Of a stretch of 64,000 nucleotides of DNA, positions 34,301 to 43,316 are shown in pieces. The stretch is from NCBI GenBank assembly GCA_965644315.1, contig CBFFRQ010000018.1, forward strand, positions 310,001-374,000. Reading direction: 5' to 3'. The notes below the pieces were generated by a model, which had not been told where the DNA came from, did no database searches, and saw only the letters and a list, made by a program, of their open reading frames with translations. A program made the translations under genes and the position numbers. Within the stretch, counting starts at the first letter, position 1. Each line of letters opens with the position of its first letter. Origin of the DNA: Caecitellus pseudoparvulus (lineage: Eukaryota > Protista > Bigyra: Bicosoecida).

Positions 34301-35222
34301 GAAGGTCCTGGCAAAGACTGTGCAGGATGGGAGCATGCCCTCGCTGGTTGGTAGCAAGTCTGTGGCTGCGCTGGTCCAGAACATGCACGCGTCCCAGGTG
34401 ACTGAGGCGCCCGCGTCCGTCGGTTCAGGCCCCAGGTCGAAGCGAGCAGGCATTCTGCAGACTGCTGTCGCCCAGCTTCGGGGCGCAGCAGCCTTCTCAG
34501 ATCGCCGAAACGCAGAGGTCGCTGTGGGGCGGCAGCTCCCAGGCGAGGGCGATGCGGCGAGTCACTCTGAGGCGGAGCAGCCTCTGTCAGCGTATGCCGT
34601 GTCGCACACGCCAACAAAGTATCACCACCACCTCCACGCGACGCCAGGCCAGAGAGAGGCATTGTCACAGGAAAGGGCATTTGAGGTGCAGATGGCGGAG
34701 CGCCGTCGTGCTCGCACCGCAGAACGAGCAGCCCGCAAGTGGCGGCGCACAAGGCGGCGCGGGCTCCTGCTCAAGGCTCTGTCGCACGCCAAGGGGGCGT
34801 CTTTGCAGGATGTGCGCGAGGCCTTGAATGGGGCACCTGCTGGGGTAGATGATGCTAGTGCTCACAAGACACAGGCTGCAGTGAGGGCCGTGTTGTCCTC
34901 TCCGGAGCTGAATCGAGACGCTTCGACACGCAAATTGTCTGACAAGGCGAAGCGACACATAGAAGGACACCTAGGGGACCTGCAGCGAACCTTGGAGCGC
35001 CAGGGATCCAAGGCCCCCGGACAAGTGGCAACCCCTGGCATGGCCAAGTTCTATTGGATGGGAAGCTCACCGTCCAAAAGTGAAGGGCGGCATGGTAAGC
35101 AGCTCCCGCCGTCGACTGGCAGTCGTTGGCGAGCGGCTGCTGCCAAGGCGAGCGAGCCAGAAGGGCCGCACGGCCCCACACCAGAACAACAAGACCTGAT
35201 CTCGGCCTTGGAGCGGCTGTAG
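31365..35222 (+). CDS. Cyclic-nucleotide-binding domain protein with two degenerate CNB domains and a low-complexity tail
   Basis: FAHLTHPQLRTVARCM..VYFVLEGAVRI..GCGFG, then FSPGDVVFKQGDEARCIVLIKSGEADV..GAVCGHEAVL..RRAFTLTAHT. 1285-aa ORF. Confidence 0.75.
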   Translation: MSEQDAFEVAVDQEAQRGSAGAQGGAGSLSPPGSPTGSPRAFRGPEHPHSASTAALQLHGSHLSGGIGASLSSALSLPALPSASPEGALPGWSPRRKAAAADWARNIAQRAPKPSSQEAATKPYDPRFLPAWLREREEYATVRAATKAAAAAAAGTHTAVLTHQLLFVKQALQTPSQMRGEREMALLLRWLRGQRRFAHLTHPQLRTVARCMTLSSLPQGAEVREGVAAVYFVLEGAVRIVRWASAAAKKRRQAPASVLIVPPGCGFGGHSGWDRLTARLAEAARKGSFSATSEGGHIQRVLLRAKGAAARLRLSQLGSASGTDSVWKAAGAGDGGSSSDSESSVEGDMASVVQGTVDAVRGGAMARAEAGVERQRMLGRLRRMTFFDPATCEARAASPEELRAVLQGGTAAPMDYLAHCRSQGREADAWRGAEASGPASPPLLAARGISSSMTVVARLGSVEFATAWTLQREAFVKSVLDWLRVSDVTLLADCSQTRLKALAAVVEERVFSPGDVVFKQGDEARCIVLIKSGEADVAVQTLGHAKQSWPVTAASWKVRTVQHAKQRHLGRIATGAVCGHEAVLNMQEYRPAPHIGDVPTFVAVRPADSSPTHTSPTSPTGGFASVVYQKMAVSGAAATDLLTPGAESPGEDAASPGPGSPKLGSPVHTPLPTSSRGAAESAARDSALKALSPGAQRVLAMLAPSRPKHIEPSAHLPSRRAFTLTAHTPLTVLVLPQDRIFHVLQGAAALSRLAVAAEALVWAQWLARRADELADAESGWQDGEVATAEVLSTFAESAMRKRLERIRKRASRSGSMPSLGMGHLSTSAMGRRLRSAQGRALEEDGHALRYTNFLPQPTEAEVQARAIGLPMVLQPSAYANVVATLRRSSTSREGSGAGNRRGGQWPRRPLPADSVSGAVGSAIFATSPSPSLALARKLAEKERRGVLAACVGDKYGKQIGLVHEGRGHSADMPQWSTDVKVLAKTVQDGSMPSLVGSKSVAALVQNMHASQVTEAPASVGSGPRSKRAGILQTAVAQLRGAAAFSDRRNAEVAVGRQLPGEGDAASHSEAEQPLSAYAVSHTPTKYHHHLHATPGQREALSQERAFEVQMAERRRARTAERAARKWRRTRRRGLLLKALSHAKGASLQDVREALNGAPAGVDDASAHKTQAAVRAVLSSPELNRDASTRKLSDKAKRHIEGHLGDLQRTLERQGSKAPGQVATPGMAKFYWMGSSPSKSEGRHGKQLPPSTGSRWRAAAAKASEPEGPHGPTPEQQDLISALERL

Positions 35223-35750
35223 GCGTGCGGTCCCATTGTGCTCATGGCGTGTAGGGGGGAACTGGACTCGCCCAGAGCAAGTCGCTCACGCCAGGCGAGG
35301 TGCACAGTCCGTGGCACGCTGCGTGGTGCAGGCCGCACTAGCAAAATAAACCCACCCATCCAACCCTTTGGCCAGCAGGTCGCAGGTTTTGCGCTCCACG
35401 GGCCTTGCCTCTACAGTCTGCACCTTGCCTTCCTGCTGTTCACCTGCTTGGAGTACTGATCGGCCTCGCCAACGAAGCTTGACGAGCGCCGAGAATCAGA
35501 CGGGCTGTCCTCGTCGCGGTCCACAGTTTCAGGCAAGCCTCACGTTTCAGTCCAGTCTTTCTGCCTGTCCACCCGCTCTCCCTGGCGGCTGCCCCCGCTT
35601 GCCTCTGCACGACTGCAGGTTCCGTTTTGCCCGAGTTTCACGCTGCTCTCCGTCGAGCCTCGGCTGGGAGGCAAGCTCGCTCGATAGGAACAGAAAGCGG
35701 ATTTTGTGCGCTGCTTTGAGGAAATCAGAGCTGCAAGCACATGAAATACC

Positions 35751-37911
35751 ATGCTTTTCCTTCCAAAGAAGCTGCTGGGTCCGCAGGGTCGCCGTAGAGG
35801 GTTGCTGGTGGCTCTCCTGGCTCTCGCAGGTCTGGCAGCATTTGGCTACGTGCTGTGGCACAGCTCAAACCACAGACCGGAGGCCCACCTGGGCCTGCGC
35901 ATTCCTCGTCCCCCCAAAACACACTCACCCTCCGCATCAGATGCTCTTCTGGTGTCTGGTACGACACACGGCACGCCCAGCGAACGTGCGCCAGGGCTGC
36001 AGGCTGCGACCGAGCCTGCGCCCCCGCCTGGCGCTGGGGGTGGCACTCCCAGCGAGTCAAGATCGGCTCGCATTCAGCAACTAGAAGCCACCATAAGACA
36101 GCTTCAGGCCGAGCTGGCTGCGGAGAAACACCGCAGCGTCGCAGCAGGCGCCGACATCGGCGCGCCCGGCCTCACCTCAACGGCACCAGCGATGCCAAGC
36201 CCGCTGCCAGCGGTGCTGGCCGCCTTCCGCGCAGGGCATCTTGACTGGCATGATGTCGTGAAGCCGTCTCCTCCGCCTGCCGAAGCGCAGCTGGCACAGC
36301 TCATCGCGGCTGAGCACGCGACCGTGGCCCTGCTACAGGGGTATACCCCAGCATACACCGGCGGGCGTGGGCCCTGGGAGAAACACCTTGCCTGCCCCAC
36401 CTTGCAAGATGTGTGCATGGTGCACAGCTCTGTGCGTGAGTGTGTGGAGGACGAGCTGTGTGGCTGGTGTGCGCCGCGGGGGCTGTGTGTGGACGTTCGC
36501 ACAGTGTGGCGGCGCACTCCCGTGCGCGGGCGTGCGGAGCCTGTATGCCCTGTGGGGCTGCTCGTGACGCAGGAAAGCCACGACTTTCTCACTCGCCCCA
36601 AGGCCGAACTGGAGCAGTACGAGGTGCTGCCCTTAAAAGGCAAGGCTCCCCGGGCAGCCCCCGTGGCGGGCATGCATTGCGACCTGGTCGTGCACCGGTA
36701 CCGGCCAGAAACGCTGGATCATGACGGCAATACTGCCATGTCCTACCACTTTGTCAAGGAGTACTGGGGCCAGCGCTTTGGTGCGCTGGTTCGCTCGTTC
36801 AAGGGCAGCTCAGACCCTCGACTGCACTTCTGGTACGCCCCACGCAGCAAGCGGCACTTCTGGGAGTTCTTCAACGTCGCATCTGATGCCTGCCATCGAT
36901 CGATGGACGATGAAGCTGCTGCTGGAGTGTGCTATCGAGCGAATCCGCTGAGCATGGCCGCGCCGTTGGTGGTGGCGCAGCTGCCCGGGCCGAGCAGGTT
37001 CAGCCAGCAGCTGGGTCTACAGGTTCCCTTCGGCGGCGAGGGAGACTGGCAGACAAACCAAGACGCAAGCCTGGAGAGAGGATTACCACAGGTGGAAACA
37101 CAAGCGGAAGCAGAGCGCCTGGGCGCATTGCCTAGAGGCCTCACACTGGATGAGAACCAGCTTGGCCGCTCGCTGGCCAAGCTGTTGAAGCTGGACACGG
37201 TGGCACAGGGCCTCACGCGCCCCGTCATGACCCTGATTTCGAGGCGGAACAAGCGACTGATACTGAACGAAGACGAACTTGTGCGTGTGGCAACGGACAT
37301 GGGCATGGAGGTGCAGCTGGTGGCGCTGGAGTCCATGCCGCTGTACGACCAGGTGAAGGCCTTCCAGCGAACAACTGTCCTCGTGGGCATCCACGGCAGT
37401 GGCCTGATCAACAGCATATTCCTGCCCAGCGGGGCCGCCATTGTGCAGCTCATGCCCCATGGTGTTCAGAAAGGGGCCGCCTTCTTCAAAAATACTGCGT
37501 TGGGAGCGGGGGTCAAGTACTTGGAGTGGTCCAACCCCAAGCGGGATAACGCTGTGCTGCACTGGGAATTCGTCGGAGAGGACAAGCAAGGACAGGCGGA
37601 TTCCATGTTGCAGGTGGGCGATGGCTGCTGTGGCGAGGGAACGTTCTTTTCCTTTTGGTGAGCTTCTGCCGAGCGCTGCCTGCGCAAGCAGCCCACATCA
37701 CCCGACCCTTCCCCCCTCGTGCACCTCGCAGGATCAATCAGGTATGACACGCAAGCATCTGACGGCGTTGCACTGCACTACCCACCCTTTTGCACGGCCC
37801 TTACACCCCGCTGCTGCGCAGGACACTCGGGTCGACCCGGCTGACTTTGCGAGCATCTTAGGCAGTGCTCTGCGTGCTTCATCCTTCAAGCCAGCGGAGC
37901 AGGCCAGATGA
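35751..37911 (+). CDS. Type II membrane glycosyltransferase family 61 (POMGNT2/EOGT-like)
   Basis: N-terminal TM, ISRRNKRLILNEDEL, DQV..TTVLVGIHGSGLINSIFLP..VQLMPHG, YLEWSN. Spliced C-terminus CC..FWINQDTRVD via introns 37658-37731 and 37742-37821. Confidence 0.88.
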
Positions 37912-38100
37912 GCAGCAGTGCTAGATGCACACAAATTCAAAATTCAATCCTCGCTTGCGGAGAGCTGAAGTGGGTCGTGCAGATCTTGCCACATGCTAGT
38001 GCATGTGAGAGCACCAGAGAGCGACGACTTGAGTTGGCGTGAGCCGGTTTTCTGGGCGAGGGCTCGTCCACGTGCACACGTACAACAAGGGAAGGGAAGC

Positions 38101-39918
38101 ATGACTGACACTGTTCTCCCATACAAGGCCTTTCCGCGGGACCCCTACAGGCCCTTCCGCAATGGCACTGCGAGCGTGCGTGGGCAGCATGCGGAAACTG
38201 CTTTGCTCGGCCCATTTCATTCACCCGCCTCCCCGGCCTTGATCGACAGGTGAGCGCCTTGCAGTGGGCGAAGATGATATTCAACTGGATTTTCATTGCA
38301 CCTCTGAAGGTTACAGCTTCCATCCTGGTCATGCTGATGGGATTGGTATGTTGCACCAGTCCTGCACGTTGCTGTACCGCCTGGCACACCCTCGCTGTTC
38401 CCCGCAGCTGGTCATGGCGCTGGCCACAGCCGGCATGTCTGAGGCAGACAAACAGCATCCCATGCCCGCGTGGAGGAACGCCATCAAAGCCCTCATGCAC
38501 CCCTTGGTGCGAGCGTACGCGTGCGTGTGAAACGCTTGCGGTCGCACGCTGCCCGCCCAGCACATTGCCGTCCGTCGCCGTCGCAGGTGGTGTCTGGGGT
38601 TCTTCTGGGTCCCAGTGGAGGGGTTATGTGCACCAGCAGATCAAGCGCCCATCATCGTGAGCAACCACATCAGCTTCACAGGTACGCAGGAAGAGTCGAG
38701 CAGCTGTCTCGCACGCGGGCAGATCACACCCCCGCGCCCCGCCCCGCAGACCCCATCATGCTCATGGCCCACAACATGGCTGCTGCCATGGCGGCAGGCG
38801 AGTTCAAAGACATCCCGGGGTTCGGGCCCCTCATGGCCGGGGCGCAGTGCATATTCCTGGACCGGCACGACCCACACTCGCGCAGCAAGGCCAAGGCCGA
38901 GATCGAGCGGCGCGCAAGGCAGCCGGGCTGGCCACACCTGCTCATTTTCCCCGAAGCCACCACCACCAACCAGTCCTGCCTGCTGCGTTTCAAGCGAGGC
39001 GCCTTCGACTTGGGCCTGCCCGTGCAGCCGGTGGTCGTGCGGCAGCCGTGGCAACATCACGACCCTTGCTGGGTCGACGAGGGCCCTGGAACAGGCGGGA
39101 TATGGGCGCGCATGCTAGGGCAGTTCTACATGTCCATGTCTGTGCAGTATCTGCCCGTCTGCGTGCCGTCGCCGGAGGAGGTGGCGGATCCAGACCTTTT
39201 TGCGGAGCGCGTGCGGCGTGTGATGGCGGAGGCGCTCCGCGTCCCCCTCAGCGCCCTTTCCCAGGATGACAACGCAGTTACTACGCATGCTGCCAGGCGG
39301 GGCTACCCCGTGGACCACGTCACTGTCGGGCTCATGCAGTTTCGGTCGCTGGGCGTGAAACCCAAAGCCTTCCGGCCCCTCGTGGACCTCTTCCAAACCC
39401 TGGACACCGCACGCGTGGGCCACCTTGAGCCAAAGCAACTTGCTGGACTGCTACGGTATCCTCTCTCTGGCGCAGGCTTGTCCCACCTGGCGGCCCTGCA
39501 TCGGCATGTGCTAGCTGATCGCGACGGCGCCTTCACTTTCCACGGCTTCATACTGCTGTGGCTGGCGCTAGCCGCACGCTTGCCAGGCGGGTGGCACACC
39601 CTTGCAAACATGGCTGTGATGCTGGCTGGGGCACAGGCAGGCCCCGGGCCCAGCCTGGACCGCCTCGCGGAATGTGTTGCGAGCTTTGCGCAAGATCCGT
39701 CGCAGGCCCGGCAGCACTTGCTCGACTCGTGGGCACCCGCACTGCCCGCTGCAGCAGTGCCAGTCGAAGAACTTGCGGCGTGGATGGAAGCTAACAGTGC
39801 CTCTGTGACTCAGGCTCTTCAGGCCGCTCTCGTCCCTGAGCACCCAGCTGTGGACTCAAACGCTCTGTGGAGCGGGTTCCTGCCAGCTGCGACGGCAGGG
39901 CGCGCGTCTGCCAAATAA
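38101..39918 (+). CDS. Lysophospholipid acyltransferase (LPCAT-like) with degenerate EF-hand
   Basis: Spliced APIIVSNHISFTD (HxxxxD), LIFPEATTTN, FKRGAF..PVQPV, DPDLFAERVRRVMA, EF-like FQTLDTARVGHL. Four inferred introns. Confidence 0.9.
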
Positions 39919-40056
39919 ATTTTCACCACCCGCACCGCAAAGATCAGTGTCGCAGGGGAAGTGGTGCGCACGTCCATGCTTCTGTGACCTGAACCCGCAC
40001 GTGACGCTGCCTGACTGGGAGCTGGTGGGCCAGGCAAGACTTGCAGTTTCCGCACC

Positions 40057-41809
40057 ATGGAAGCAACAACGAAGGGCCACCAGGGCAAGGAACTGCCCAC
40101 CTTGCAGAGTCAAATGTTCAAGTACTTTGGCGGCTTTGTGACAGCGGCAGTCGTGCTGATTTTCGCTGTGTGCGTTGCAGGCCGCGCTTGCGCGTCGCAT
40201 GGCTCTCTGCTGCACTGCACTTCGTGAGACTCTCAGGTTGGCGGGTGGCATCGCCCTGACGGGGGACAGGACCAGCACCATCTCCCGGGAGGGCCTGGAC
40301 AAGCAAATCAACACGCACCTGCGCACATCTGCGAGGGAGCTGTCTGCCCGTGTTGGCCTGGAGTTAGGCGCCGTGGAGAACAGCGTCGTGAGGTACACAG
40401 CCAGCATTCACTCGCAGGCCACAGAGTCAGACTTTCCCTGGGAGGTGCCAGAGGAGGACTACACGTTTGATGAAATCCCGCCACAGTTCGTGGGCCCTGT
40501 TGCCCGTGTGAACAACGCCCAGCGCTCTCTGCGTTTCAGCTCATACTACACAGCGCCGAACGTGGCGCGGACGGCTGCCGTCAACTCCAGCATCTCCACG
40601 TCCCTGTCCATGCAGTACTTGTACCGCGAGCTGTGGGATGCCCACCCCTCTGTTGTCGCGATGTACACCGGGTACGAAACGGGGTCCATGCGCCTGTACC
40701 CGGGGCAGGACCCTGCAGAGGTGTTGACAGACTACGACCCCCGCTTGCGTGGGTGGTACCGCAGTGCCATGCGCACAGAGAGCTCTGTCATCCAGACGTC
40801 GCCTTACATTGACGCGTTTGGACTGGGGTGGCTCGTCACTCTGGCCCAGCCGGTCCTGAGCCCCTCCTCCGTCTCAGCCACAGCAGTCGGCGTGGCGGGA
40901 GTTGACGTCACCATCCGCACCCTGCAGCGGTCCATCCTCTCAGTGGGCTTCTTTTCAGAGCAGTCCTCTGCGAGCATGATCCAATTTGATGGGCGCGTCG
41001 TGGCTGATCCGTTCTGGGACGCCGACGCCGACGCCGTGCGCGCGTACGCTGCAGCCGACAACGCGCAGACCGTCCAGGATGAGCTGGACATCCTGGACTC
41101 CTTCGTGGCGCCCAATTTCTTCGACGTGCACCCTGGCGTCTCCCGCGCGCTGTGGGAGAGCATCCGGGACCCACAGGGTGGCATCAAGACGCTGCAGTAC
41201 AGCCGAGACGGGGAGGTGTACATCCTGGCCCGCTCCTTTGTGCCAGTGCACCCGCTGGATGACGCCACCCTGACCCCCGCCGAGGCCAGTGCTGCAGCGG
41301 CCACGTTCCAGCCTCAGTACGTCATCACCGTGGAGGCCAAGCGAGCGGATGTGCACGCGACGCTGGACGATATGGCGGAGCGCATCTCCAGTGGGACTGG
41401 CACCCTCATCGGCATCGCAGCAGGAGTCTGCTTCGCCACGCTGGCGATCGTGCTGGGTGTGCTGTACTGGACATCGCGGTCTGTGACGTCCCCCCTGAAG
41501 GGCATGATGGAGGTAGCACGGGCCATCACATCCTCCGCTGAGATCGGCGTCGCGTCGGGAGACATTCAGGAGCGCACCGCCAACATCAAGGAGACAGATG
41601 ATGAAATCGGCGCCTTTGCAGGGCATTTCAAGCGCATGGTGGTGGGGCTGGACAACAAAGAAGTCACGCGCACGAGGGCAGCGGAAGCCGTCCCCAACAA
41701 GCTCTTCCGCACACTGGCTCCGTGTGAAGTTGGTGTGCAGGCGCCCCCCCGCGCCGAGCGCTTGCCGTGGGAAGACGGCTTCCGGGCCCTTGGCATCCCT
41801 ACTGAGTAA
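40057..41809 (+). CDS. TM-dCache-TM-HAMP sensor protein without an output domain
   Basis: Exon 1 (MEATTKG..FKYFGGFVTAAVVLIFAV) joins LAGGIAL through intron 40170-40236 to complete TM1. Cache motif MYTGYETGSMRLYPG..YDPRLRGWY..PYID..GVAGVD, TM2 LIGIAAGVCFATLAIVLGVLYW, HAMP-like VTSPLKGMMEVARAIT..DEIGAFAGHFKRMV. Confidence 0.85.
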
Positions 41810-41820
41810 TTGCTGCCGTA

Positions 41821-42601
41821 CTATCGTGCATTTCCCACCTGGTCCAACACCGCAGCGACCACTGTGGCGGCTTTGGCGTCAAAGCCACCCTCGGCAGGGT
41901 TCTCAGCTTTGCAGTGCACGGGGTGGGAGCCCCACGCGTCCAGCACGGCCTTGTCCAATGCACGCGCTTGTTCCGCAGTCTCTGTGCGAGCGGTGTTCGT
42001 CGAAAGGGTGTAGAACTCCTCTGCTCCGTCAGCAGCGGTGACCATGTGCACCACTCCATCGTATCGGGCCAGCACTCCCTTGCCAGTCAAGCCTTCCCGC
42101 TCCAGGAGCGCGCTCCACAAGTCCGCTGGAAGGTAGGCCGAAATGTCCAGCAGCGCTCTATCATGGATGATGACGCTGGGTGCACCAGTGCTCCTGGCAA
42201 TCTGTGCGGGGGGGAGAGCGCCAGGCAAGATGTGGCAGAGATGCACGACGCAATTTCCGCACGCCACCACGCCAACACACCTGTGCGAAAGAGTCCTCGG
42301 CGGCCAGCTGCATCCGAACGAGAGCAGACTCAAATTGCATGAGTCTCTCTCCAGCATCTGGTCCAGGGTACTTTGCTCCGCCGGACTGCAGAATGGTGGG
42401 GATCTCCGGCACAAGGTACACCTGCGGGCGCACGCCTGGTGTGTGCGCAAGCACTTCGGGCAGACCTCGCGAGCGTCGCCATACCTCCCATCCTTTGGAG
42501 CGCAGGGCCTTGTCCAGCACTGGAAGGACGCTTGTCTTGCCAGAGCACGGCCCTCCAGTGATCACAATGCGCCGAACTGGGGCAGCCGCTGCACTTGCCA
42601 T
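41821..42601 (-). CDS. NadR/TTD14-type P-loop NTPase (AAA_28-like)
   Basis: RIVITGGPCSGKTS, VPEIPTIL, HDRALLDISAY, RYDGVVHMVTAADGAE.FY..NTARTE. Two inferred introns. No C-terminal CYTH domain is visible. Confidence 0.88.
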
Positions 42602-43316
42602 GGCTGATGCTGTGTTGCTGTGCGGCGCAGATTGCTCTACACCCCACGGCAGATGGTGGAAAACAAGCGCTCTGTACGGTATGTACAGTAGGAGAACCGG
42701 GGGAGTAGGGATGGGTGTTTTGACTGCAGGCAAGCGTGGGCCGCAGCATGCCACTGCACAAGTTGGTGACAGCTGCCCACTGCAGCTGCAGCACAATCTC
42801 AAAATAGTAGACCCTCGAAACACAGTGCGCATGCTCTGACGATTACACAGCCGTATCACTCACATTCCTTGCAAACTCGTTGTGGCTGTTTTTTCGCGAA
42901 GTGCCACCACCGCTTCACCTTCGGGGGCGTTTCTTGCTCGGGCTGCACAAGCCAGCCACTCGTCGCGGGCAGCGCTGCTCAGCCCCCAAGCCTAGGGAGT
43001 CCTTCATTACCACCTTATAGCAGTGCTCTGTCGCTCACGCTGCACGCTGTACGTGCCGTGTGCGGGCTAGCTCCCCTGTCGGCGTGTGTGTCTGCTCGCA
43101 CCAGCCCTGGCACTGGCCGCTGTGTGCCGCAACGCCAGAAGCTTCCTTTGTGGCTTGCATCCCGGCCACGTGTGCTCCGAAGTTGCCTTGTTCTCTGTGT
43201 TTCTGTGTGATGGGGTTTTCATGGCCCGTGCACCAGTCGCCTGCTGGGGCAGGAACCTGCCTGCTTCCGGACTCTGCCACCTCGCACTCGCCGAGCGCCG
43301 CTGCAACACAGGCACC

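Noticed and set aside
40057-41809. Bacterial contamination as the source of the Cache-HAMP gene
   Set aside because: It has a host-type inferred intron and host-like codon usage, and it abuts intron-containing eukaryotic genes.
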